From the NCBI RefSeq assembly GCF_009834535.1, contig NC_045696.1, positions 40,116,001-40,180,000 on the forward strand: DNA of 64,000 bases, written 5' to 3'. Below are positions 14,741 through 26,200 of the stretch, piece by piece. How positions within the stretch are numbered: the stretch's first letter is position 1; each line of letters begins with the position of its first letter. A program made the position numbers and the translations under genes. This stretch comes from Camelus ferus. Its lineage: Eukaryota. The notes under the pieces are model-generated. The model searched no databases, was not told the origin of the DNA, and worked only from the letters and a program-made list of their open reading frames with translations.

Positions 14741-14984
14741 ATTTTTTAAAAAGTAATCTAATAAATAACATTAAGTTCAGATACTGGGAGGTTAAGTATA
14801 TAGTGTATTTATATGCCAGACAGAAATGATTGTTACAAATTTTAAAATGTGTGGTCTCATGACTGATAAATTTCAAATAATCTTTAATAAAAATATTCTC
14901 ATATCTCCAGTTCTTTTGAAAGTACTATTTTGTCTCTCAAAACTTTAGACACTAGATATCATAATATCTATTTTCAACATCATT

Positions 14985-15225
14985 TATTTATTTATTCAAC
15001 AAATATTTATTCATTGTTTAAAATATATCAGGCTCTTACAGTCTAGGTAGAAAGACCATACACCTAACAAATAAGTGAATCATGTAGTATCTTAGAAGGC
15101 AGTAAGTGTTATGCAGAAAAGGAAAATTAAGCCAGGTTAAGGGGTGTTAGGAGTGCTAGGATGAAAAGGTGGGCTATACTTTTAAATAGGATGATTAGGG
15201 TGGGCCTCATTGTAAAGGTGACATT
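14985..15225 (-). mobile_element. LINE-2 3' remnant interrupted by L1
   Basis: tttattcaacaaatatttatt...cttacagtctag...ggcctcattgtaaaggtgacatt. Confidence 0.65.
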
Positions 15226-17794
15226 AGAGAGGCCAAGATGGCGGAGTAGAAGGAGCCAGAGCTCACTTCCTTTCATGAACACACCAAAATTGCAACTAAC
15301 AACAGAACAATTATTGCTAAAAAAGACTGGAACCTAATAGAAAAGATCTTCCATAACTGAAAACATAAAGAAGAAATCACAAGGAAATGGGTAGGAGGGC
15401 TGACTTGCAATATAATCAAATCCCCTACCTACCAGGTAGACGACCCAAACACTGGAGAATAATTACATTGCAGAGGTTCTCCCACGTAAGTGAGAGTTGA
15501 GAGCCCCACATCAGGGTCCCTAGCCCAGAGATTTGGCACTGAGAATAGAAGCCTCTAGAGTATTTGGCTTTGGAGGCCAGCAGGGCTTAACTGCAGGAGC
15601 TCCGTGGGACTTGGGGAAAAAGAGACTTCACTCTTAAAGGACACATGCAAAATCTTGCACTCACTGGGACCAAGGGCAAAAGCAGTAATTTCATAGGAGC
15701 CTGGGCCAGACCTATCAGCTGTTCTTGGAAGGTCTCCTGGGGAGGTGGCTTGGTGCGGACACCTGTGGCTCACCCTAGGGATATAGACATGGTGATGGGC
15801 AGATTAGGGAGTATTCATCTGCATGAACTTTCCTTCCTGGAGGCAGACATCTTGCTTGGGTCATTAGCACCAACACCTAGATCCACCCAACAACCATAGG
15901 ATCCAGTGCTGGTACGACCCAGGCCAAATAACTAACTGGGTGGGTACACATACCCAACCATCAGCAGAAAGGCTGCCTAAAGACTTTCTGAGCCCACAGG
16001 TACCTCTAAATATGTCCCTACACACAGTCCCACCCATCAAAGGGCCAGGACCCACCTCCCCCCACCAGTGGGCAGGTAGCAATCAGCCTCTCCCACCAGG
16101 AAACCTGTAAGCCTCTAGATAAGCCTCACCAACTAGGGGGTAGACACCAGAAACAGGAAGACTACTATCCTGCAGCCAGTGGAATAAGTCCACAAATGCA
16201 GGCCAGACTCTACCCTCGGAGCAGCTAGCCTCTGGCCCATGAATAACAAGAGGGAAGTGTACTGCTGTGACTCATAGGACATCTCCTACAGAGGGCCACT
16301 TCTTCAAGGTCAAGAAACATAACTAACCTACCACATACATAAAAATACAAATAGAAATTCAGACAAAATGAGGCAGCAGAGGAATATGTTTCAGACAAAG
16401 GAACAAAATAAAATCCCAGAAGAAGAACTAAGTGATATGGAGATAGGCAATCTACCCAAGGAAGAATTCAGACTAATGATCATAAAGATGATCAGAGAAT
16501 TAGAAGAATGGGTGCATAGAGTGAGAAATTACAAGTTTCTAGCAAAGAGTTACAAAATAGAAATAACAACTTCCAACAGAGTGAAAAATACAATAACTTA
16601 AATGAACAATACAGCAAAAGGAACCAACAGTAGACTAAATGAGGCAGAAAAATGGATCAGTGGGTTAGAAAACAGAGTAGTGGAAATCACTACTGCAAAA
16701 CAGAAAAAAGAAAAAAATAATGCAAAAAAATGAGGACACTTTAAGAGACCTCTGAGACAATATCAAGTGCACTGATATTCACATTACAGGGGTCCCAGAG
16801 GGAGAAAAGAGAGAGAAAGGGATAGAGAACATATTTGAAGAGCTAACAGCTGAAAACTTCCCTAACTTGGGAAAGAAACAGTCACTCAAGTCAAGGAAGT
16901 GCAACGTCCCATACAGGATTAACCCTAAGAGGAATACAATGAGACATATGTCAATTAAAATGACAAAAATTAAAGCTACAGAGAGAATTTCAAAACTCCC
17001 AACAAACAAAATTCCAGGACTAGATGGCTTCATAGGAGAATACTACCAAACGTTTAGAGAAGAGTTAACTTATATTATTCTGAAACTATTACAAAAATTT
17101 GCAGAGGAAAGAATAGCTCCAAATTCATTCTGTGAGGCCACCATCACCCCGATTACAAAACCAGACAAAGATATCATTTGAAAAATTGTAGGCCAATATC
17201 ACTGATGAACTTAGATGCAAAAATCCTCAAGAAAATACTAGCAAATTGATGCCAATAATACATTAAAAGGATCATATACCATGATCAAGTGGGATTTATC
17301 CCAGGGATTCAAGGATTTTTCAATATCTGTAAATCAATCAATGTGATACACCACATTAACAAACTGAAAAATAAAATCCATATAATGATCTCAATAGATG
17401 CAGAAAAAGCTTTTGATAAATTTTATTATCCATTTATGATAAAAATCCTCCAGAAATTGGGCATAAGGGAACATACCTTAACATAATAAAGGCCACATAT
17501 GACAAACCCACAGCTAACATCATACTCAATGGTGAAAAGCTGAAAGCATTTCCTCTAAGATCATGAACAAGACAAGGATGCCCACTATCGCCACATTTAT
17601 TCAACATAGTTTTGGAAGTCTTAACCACAGCAATCAGAGAAAAAAAGGAAATAAAAGGAATCTAAACTGAAAAAGAAGAATTAAAGAAGTCACTGTTTGC
17701 AGATGACAAGATACTATATATAGAAAATCCTAAAATCGCCACCAGAAAATGACTAAAGCTCACCAATGGATTTGGTAAAACTGTAGGATAAAAA
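15226..17794 (+). mobile_element. Decayed LINE-1, 5' part (5' UTR, ORF1 from 16368, internal deletion near 16990, ORF2 RT region)
   Basis: Starts ggccaagatggcggagtag; ORF1-like MRQQRNMFQTKEQ; ORF2-like [23 protein letters not shown] and FADD; many stops and frameshifts. Confidence 0.92.
15235..15244 (+). promoter_or_regulatory. YY1-type site (AAGATGGCGG) at the L1 5' end
   Basis: Exact motif at the start of the L1 5' UTR, the position known for the L1 YY1 site. Confidence 0.7.
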
Positions 17795-20058
17795 CACATT
17801 TATTGTACCATCCAGCCAAGGGTACAAACATAAAACATTTCAAAATTTAAGGAGAATATGAAAACATCAGGCAATACCTAGAGTACTACTATAAATATAG
17901 CCTTTACCTATAGTAAAAATTAAGCCATTCAAACATTTTGGTCATCATCCCAGTCTTTCTTCCCACTTGGAGGCTTGGGCTCACCAGCTGACTTTGCCAT
18001 GATAATCTGATTCACTCTAAGTATAGTGACTGCAGCATTAGTAGCCAGTTTGATAGCCCAGTATTTTCTCAGGTAAGTATCTTTAACGCCAGCTTTCAAC
18101 ATGTCCTTTACAGCAGGAACTTCAGCCTCAATATCTAATCCAACATTTTTACTTCCTTCTTGATGTACTGCATAAAGTTTAGAGATTATTTCATTGGCCT
18201 AAACTCCAGTTTTCTGCCAGTACCCAGGAAATAGCTTTGAATGTCTCAGCAAACTTTTTAATGGCATACTATTCAAGTCTCCATATGATGTGATCTGTTT
18301 GACTAACTCAACTTCTGTTGCTCCACCTCCAGGTACAAGATGTTTATCTCTTGTGAGAACTTTGAAAGTATTAATACCATCATCTACTGCTTTTTCTATA
18401 TTATCCATCAGATTGTCTGTAGAGCCTCGAACCACTATGATAAAAATGGCACCATCTTCCTTTTTGTGCTTAAAAACAACCACCTGCATATCTCCAACTC
18501 TGATAGGTCAACATTGCCAGAATGTCATATTTCTTCAAGGACAAGAGGAGTCAACCTAGGAAGAGTAGTAGCACCAACTGTTTTACATAGTCTACTGATA
18601 TCCAATTTTGAGTTCTGCCTCACCAACATGATACTGTATTTGTTTGCAAAATGAAGAGTCATGTCTGACATGTAAAACAGTTGGTGCTACTATATACTAC
18701 TATATATTCAAGAAATCAGTCAACTAAGTTATAAATAGTAAGTATTTCATTTGTGTCTTTTTTTTTAGATTCCTCATATAAGTGATGTCATATGGCATTT
18801 AAAAAATTTTTGTTTATTTTTTATTGAAGTATAGTTGATTTACAATGTTGTGTTAGTTTCAGGTGTACAGCAGAGTGATTCAGTTACATATATATATATT
18901 TTTTTCTTTTTCAGATTCTTTTTCATTATAGGTTATTACAAGATATTGAATATTGTTACCTATGCCATGTAGTAGATCCTTGTTGTTTCTCTGTTTTATG
19001 TAGTAGTATGCATCTGTTAATCCCAAACTCCTAGTTTATCCCCATCCCCTTTCCCCTTTGGTAACCATGAGTTTGTTTTTGATGTCTGTGAATTTGTTTT
19101 TTAAATAAGTTCATTTGTATCATTTTTAAAGATTCCACATATAAGTGATATCATCTGATATTTGTCTTTGACTTACTTCATTTAGTGTGATAATCTCTAG
19201 GTCCATCCATGCTGCTACAAATGACATTATTATCAACTACTTGGAGAAGTTGTTTGTAACAATCAATGCAGTAGCTATTTTAAGTGAGCCAGAAGTACAG
19301 CATCCTGCTGCAAAAATGATCATAATAGCTTCCCACACACAAGAGCAAATCAAAACCACAGCTGATACTGGTGCAAATATAATAACAGGTGGCAAAGTGT
19401 CAGACATGATTCTTCATTTACTAAAATTCATCAATCCTTCAGCAGTCTTTATCAGTACCGTTCCCTTAGTGTCTGTTCTGCCATCAAAAGGACAAAAGTA
19501 CACTGATATTTTTCCATCTTTGACAGCTGTTACATTACCTTTGGTTTCCTTCTTAAAAACCATGCCATGCGATACCGAAAAGGAATAGATACCAGAATTG
19601 AGAATTTTACAAACTCTGATGTCATCAACACTGAAATGGCAGGAATCAGGAAAAATAGATACATATGCCTGAGCAATAAGTGTGGCTGGAAACACTTTAT
19701 TTACCATACTCTTTACTCATTATGGAACTATGGAGGAGAGATGACACTTCATCAACATCCTGAAGGTTTTTTGCAGAACAACATACCAAGTCAGGAAGAA
19801 TCTCATAGGCTTTTCTGCAGGCTATTTTAAAACTTTCTATGACCTCTGAAACTCATAGGCCAACTCTCAGAAGCTCTTCAGCTAATTCCAAAAGAGCTCC
19901 AGCAAAAACCAGAACAAAATTTGTGCCATCTCCAACCTCTTGCTCTTGTGTGTGAGAAGCTATTATGATCATTTTTGCAGCAGGATGCTGTACTTCTGGC
20001 TCACTTAAAATAGCTACTGCATTGATTGTTACAAACAACTTCTCCAAGTAGTTGATAA
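17795..20058 (-). pseudogene. CCT8: Processed pseudogene of chaperonin CCT8 (TCP-1 theta), 5'-truncated and internally rearranged
   Basis: Intronless translated matches: INYLEKLFVT..EVQHPAAKM..EQEVGDGTNFVLVFAGALLELAEELLR; HGMVFKKET..KGTVLIKTAE.LMNFSK; RGSTDNLMD.IE.AVDDG.NTFKVLTRDK.LVPGGGATE; C-terminal KKDWDDDQN with stop at 17929-17931; 3' UTR with AATAAA at 17799-17804 (minus). Stops, frameshifts and deletions present. Confidence 0.96.
18704..19348. repeat. Left arm of a long inverted repeat (partner 19940-20582)
   Basis: Reverse complement of 19940-20582 with roughly 10 differences by manual alignment; ORFs 19187..19588(+) and 19853..20101(-) share the same N-terminal peptide. Confidence 0.97.
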
Positions 20059-20582
20059 TAATGTCATTTGTAGCAGCATGGATGGACCTAGAGATTATCA
20101 CACTAAATGAAGTAAGTCAAAGACAAATATCAGATGATATCACTTATATGTGGAATCTTAAAAAATGATACAAATGAACTTATTTAAAAAACAAATTCAC
20201 AGACATCAAAAACAAACTCATGGTTACCAAAGGGGAAAGGGGATGGGGATAAACTAGGAGTTTGGGATTAACAGATGCATACTACTACATAAAACAGAGA
20301 AACAACAAGGATCTACTACATGGCATGGGTAACAATATTCAATATCTTATAATAACCTATAATGATAAAGAATCTGAAAAAGAAAAAATATATATATTTG
20401 TAACTGAATCACTCTGCTGTACACCTGAAACTAACACAACATTGTAAATCAACTATACTTCAATAAAAAATAAACAAACATTTTTAAACGCCATATGACA
20501 TCACTTATATGAGGAATCTAAAAAAAAAGACACAAATGAAATACTTACTATTTATAACTTAGTTGACTGATTTCTTGAATAT
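19940..20582. repeat. Right arm (inferred source) of the long inverted repeat
   Basis: Partner of 18704-19348; this arm is collinear with the CCT8 retrocopy on one side and flanking DNA on the other. Confidence 0.95.
20057..20485 (+). mobile_element. LINE-1 3' end (last ORF2 codons, 3' UTR, poly(A) signal)
   Basis: aataatgtcatttgtagcagcatggatggacctagag...tatgtggaatct...tatacttcaataaaaaa. Confidence 0.92.
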
Positions 20583-20807
20583 GTATAAGCACATTTGACT
20601 GTCCTTTATGATTGGATTACCCCATTCTGTTGATTCTTATTTTGTAGTTGGCTTTATTCCTTTGATAACTATGTAAGTTTAAAAAGCTAAAGCTCTCATC
20701 TGTTCCTAGAAACAATGATCAGTACATTTATGTAAACTAAAATATGTGCAGTATACTGTATATATGTATTTACATGCAATATAATATATATGTGCAGTTA
20801 AACTGTC

Positions 20808-23265
20808 TTCAGAGCTAAAGACACAAATAGACTGAAAGTGAGGGGGGAAAAATAATTTCTTGCAAATGTAAATGACAAGAAAGTGGAGGTAGCAACATTC
20901 AAATCAGATAAAGTATATTTGAAAAGAAAGTCTATAAAAAAGACAGAAGGGCATTATAAAGACAAATGGATCAATACAAGAAGAAGATATTACACTTTTT
21001 AATATGACTGCTTTTAATACAGGAGCAACTAAATGCATAAAACAAATATTAACACACATAAAAGGAGAAACTGACAATAATACAATAATAGTAGGGGAGT
21101 TTAACATCCCATATACATCAATAGAATGACTATCCAGACAGAAAATCAGTAAGAAAACAGTGGTCTTAAGCAGACCAGTTGGAATTAATAAATGTCTATA
21201 GGACATTATATCCAACAACAGCAGAATACAGTTTTTGCAAGTGCATATAGAACGTTCTAGGATAGATCCTATGCTAGGACACTAAAGTCTCAACAAATTT
21301 AAGAGAAAAACAGTATCAAGCTTTTGTTTCCAATCACAATGGTAGGAAACTAGAAATCAGTCACAAGAAGAAAAATTGGAAAAACTCACATTTGGAGACT
21401 AAACACCATGCTAGTGGAAAAAAAAAAAACAGTCAGTGAAGAATTCCAAGAGGAAGTCAGAAAATACCTCAAGACAAATAAAAATGGAAACATACTTTCC
21501 AAAATCTATGGAAGGCAGCAAATGTTCTAAGAGGGAAGTTTGCAGCAATACAGGCCTGCCTTAAGACACAAGAAAAATCTCAAATAAACAACCTAACCTG
21601 CTATCTAAAGGAATTAGAAAAAGGAACAATGAACAAGGCCCAAAGTCAGCAGAAAGAAAAAAATAATAAAGATCAATGAAACTGATTTGCTTTTTTTTTC
21701 TTTTTGAAAAAATAAACAAAATTGATAAACCTTTGCCAAGGTCATCCAGAAAAAAAAAGAGAGAGAAGTCATATAAAATAAGAAATGAAAGAGGACAAAA
21801 AACAACCAATATCACAGAGATACAAATATATATATAACCAAATACTATGAAAAATTATATCCAACAAATTGGACAACCTAGAAGAAATGGACACATTTCT
21901 AGGAATTTGGCCTTCTACAGATTGGACTTCCAGAAATTTTAGATTTCTACAATTTTAATTTCTAGAATTTCAAGACTAAATCAGAAATAAACAGACATTC
22001 TCAACAGGCCAATTACTAGTATTGAAACTGATTTGTAATAAAAACCTCTCAGGAAACGGAAATCCTGAACAGGATGGCTTCACAGGAGAATTATACCAGA
22101 CATATAAAGAAGAGCTAATATCCATCTTTCCCAAGCTATTCCAAAAAACTGAAGAGCATGGAACATTCTCAAATTCATTCTACAACTCACCATTACTCTG
22201 ATACCAAAACCAGACAAAGACACTACAAAAAAAAAAAAAAAAAGGAAATTACGGGATTGTATCTCTGATGAACATAGATATAAAAATTATCAATAAAATA
22301 CTAGCAAACTGAATTCACCAATATGTAAAAAGGATCATACATCATGATCAAGTGTGATTTATTCCAGGGATGCAAGAATGGTTCAATATCCACAAATTAA
22401 TCCTTGTGATATACCACATTACAAAAAGGATAAAAATTACATAATCATTTCAATACACAGAGAAAAAAGCATTTGACAAAATTTAACACCCATTCATGAT
22501 ACAAATTCCCATTAAGCTGGTATAGAGAAAACATATCTCAATATAGGAAAGATCATTTCTGACAAATGCATAGCGAACATCATACTCAACAGTGAAAAGC
22601 TTAAAGCTTTCCTTTTAAATAAGAAACAAGACAAGGATGCCCATTCTCATCATTTCTATTCAACATAGTATTAAAAGTCTTAACTATAGCAATCAGACAA
22701 GTAAAAGAAATAAGAGGTATTCAAACTGGAAAGACAGAAATAAATTTGTCACTATTTGCAGATAGCATGATACTATATACAGAAAACCCATAAAGTCTCC
22801 ACCAAAAAAAAACCCTTTTAGAATAAATGAATTCAGTAAAGTTGTAGAATACAAGATTAATATCCAGAAATGTGTTGCTTTTCTATACACTAATAATGAA
22901 TTATCAGAAAGAGAAAGCAGAAAAAAAGACCATTTAAAATTGCATCAAAAACAATAAAATACTTAGGAGTAAACTTAAGCACAGGGTAAAAGACCAATAC
23001 TGTAAAAACTATAAAACACTGATGAAGGAAACTGATGATGTTGTGAAGAAATGGAAAGATATCTGTGTTCCTTCCATGGGTTGGAAGAATTAATACTGAT
23101 AAAATGGTCATACTACCCATAGCAATTTACAGATTTAATAAAATCTCTGTCAAAATACCTATGACATTTTTCACAAAACTAGAAAAAATAATTGTAAAAT
23201 TTATATGAAATCACAAAAGATCCAGAATTGACAAAGTAATCTTGGGTAAAAAGAACAAATCTTGA
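20808..23265 (+). mobile_element. Decayed LINE-1 ORF2 fragment (endonuclease through RT)
   Basis: Collinear with ORF2 of the young L1 (about 51850-54315); many indels. Confidence 0.9.
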
Positions 23266-23269
23266 GATA

Positions 23270-26200
23270 ATTCACAAGTGGCCACATAGGAAGATCCTGA
23301 CCTCATCTCTTCTTACAAACACATCAAAATTACAACTAATTACACAACAAAAATTACAGAGCAATTATTGATAAGTAAGACTGGAATCTCCAGAAAAGAT
23401 CTTCTACAATTAAGTACAAGGAAGGAACAACAATGAGATGGAATGGAGGAGTGGAGTCACAGTTTGGTTAAGACCCATAACTTTGAGTGGTGATCCACAA
23501 ACAGGAGAATAATTACAATTGCAGAGATTCTTCTCAAGGAGCAAGGGGTCTGAGCCACACATCAGGCTCTCCAAACTGGCAGTCCTGCACCAGGAAAACA
23601 AGCCCTGAGAACATCTGGCTTTGAAGGCTGGTGGGGCTTACTTTCAGAAGACCCAGAGGGCTGTGGGAAATAGACACTCCACTCTTAAAGGATACACACA
23701 AAATCTCACATGCTCTGGGGCCCAGATCAGAAGAAGTAATTTGAAAGAAGCCTGAGTCATACCCACCTGCTGATCTTGGAGAGGCTTTGAGAGAGGCAGG
23801 AGGAAACTGGAGGTAACACTGAGAACACAGACACTGGTGGTAGCCATTTTGGGGAGCTTATTCTACCATGTAGACACTGGTGCTCACAAGCACTAGTTTG
23901 GAATCTTCCCTCTAGCTTATTCAACTTAGGTCCAAGCCCTACCACACACTGACCCCAACAGAGTGGGACGCCTCAGGCCAAGCAACAAACAAGGTGGGGA
24001 CATAGCCCCACCTACCAACAGGCAGGCTCCCAAATGACTCTTTGAGACCACAACCACCTCTGGACACTGCCCTGTCCATCACAGGGCCCAGAACTCAGCT
24101 TCACATACCAGAGTGAAGGCACTAGACTCAGCTGAATGAGGAGCCCAAAGTGTCAGGGCCCTGAAGCCAGATACCCCATGACCCAGCTCCATTCACCACT
24201 GGGTAGATAGCAGCCCAAGGACACAATGGGCACCAGCTGTGCCTACCTGGGGACTGACACCAGCCCCAAGATCTCTGCTTTCCTGAAGTACATTACCAAT
24301 AGACCCAGCCCACCCACCAGCAGGCTGGCACCAGCCCCAGGATCCCACTGGCCCCCACCCCAATCACCAGCAGATCAAATCCAGCTCTGGGACACCTTGA
24401 ACCCAACATCCAGTAGCCCCAGGATCTAGCTCTACTTATCAGCTGGCTGACAACAGCTTCAGGAACCCCTGGGCCTTGCCACTAGAGACCCTGGGATACA
24501 TCTCCACCCACCAGTGAGCCATCAGTAGCCCTTGGATCACTTGGTCTCCAGCCCTGGCACCAACCCACCAACACCAGCTCTAAGAGACATTGGACTCCTC
24601 AGCCAGCTGCCTCACTAGGCCCACACGACCTTTCGGATATCTGAGACCTGCAGCCGGCCATATCAAGAACACTCCCACCCACCAGCAGGCTGAAGCTAGA
24701 TCCAGGAACTCTGGTCCCTCAACTACCCACTCCAGAACCTGGCTCTGCTCACCAGTGAGCCAAAACTACTCAAGGCCCCCTCCACAGCCAGCTATATCAA
24801 GACACAGCCCTACCAACCAGTGGTAGACAGAATCTGCTCAAGGCAGGGCATAGCAACCAACCCAGCCAGTGCCCAGCCATGCCTAGAGACCACCCATAGC
24901 AATCAGCCCACCAAAACAGAAAAACTCATGCAGCTTACATAAGGGATGTCCCTAGAGAATATATCTCTGGTGACCAGAGGGGAGTTCTAGGATGCAGAGG
25001 ATACTCCTACAAAAAGTCACTTCTGCAAGATCAAGATCAGGTAGCATAACCAACCTACCAACAAAGAACAAAAACAGCATATTAGGCAAAATGAGATGAC
25101 AGAAGAACATTTTCCAAATGAAGGAACAAGATTAAAAATCCCAAAGAACTAAATGAAGTGGAGATAGACAATCTATCCAACAAAAAGTTCAAAGAAACAG
25201 TTGCAAAGATGATCAAAGAACTAGGAGAAGAATGGATGAATAGAGTAAGAAGTTAGACTTTTTAACAAGTAGTTATAAAATATAAAGAAGAATCAAGCAA
25301 TAAAATGAGTAAACTAAAAAATACACAGGAAGAAATCAACAGTAGATTAGTTGATACAGAAGAACATAGTGAGCTGAAAATCACTGAACCTGAATAATAG
25401 AAAAAGAAAGAAAGAAAAGAAAGGAAAGGAAAGGAAAAGAAAAGAAAGAAGAAAAAAGAAAAGAAAAAAAAAAGGAAAGAAAGAAAGAAAGAAGGAAGGA
25501 AGGAAAATCAGGACAGTTTAAGAAACTTCTAGGATAATAACAGACATAGTAACAGTCTTATTATGGAGGTCCTAGAAGGTTAACAGAGATAGAAAGTAGC
25601 AGAGAATATATGTGAAGAAATATTAGCTGACATCTTTCCTAACCTGGGAAAGCAAACAAACACCCAAGTCTGGGAAGCACAGAGAGTCTCAATCAGGATC
25701 AACACAAAAAGGATGACAGAAAAGACACATTGTAATTAAAATGGCAAAAATTAAAGATAAAGAGAATATAGAAAGCAGCACAGGAAAAGCAACAAGTTCC
25801 ATATAAGGAAGTTCCCTTAAGGCTACTTTTCAAATTGCAAGGGAAAGAACAGAAGAGGAAAGGAACAAAAAGAAACAAACAAACAAAAGAACTACAACAT
25901 AATCCCAGAATAATGAACAAAATGGCAGTAAGTACATGCCTATTAATAATTACTTTAAATGTAAATAAACTAAGTGCTCCAGTCAAAAAACAGACAGCAG
26001 ATAAACAGGTACAAAATAAAAAAGCATATATATATTGCCTACAAGAGACTCACTTCAGACCTAAAAAGATATACAGACTAAAAGTGAAGGGGTAGAAGAA
26101 GTTATTTCATGCAAATAGAAATCAAAATAAAGCTGGGTAGCAATACTTATATCAAAAAGATAGACTTTAAAATAAAGATGTAACAAGAGACAAGGTTATA

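Noticed and set aside
19187..19588. 133-aa plus-strand ORF with CCT8 peptides
   Set aside because: By-product of the inverted duplication: antisense L1, two inverted CCT8 pieces and antisense CCT8. Not a gene.
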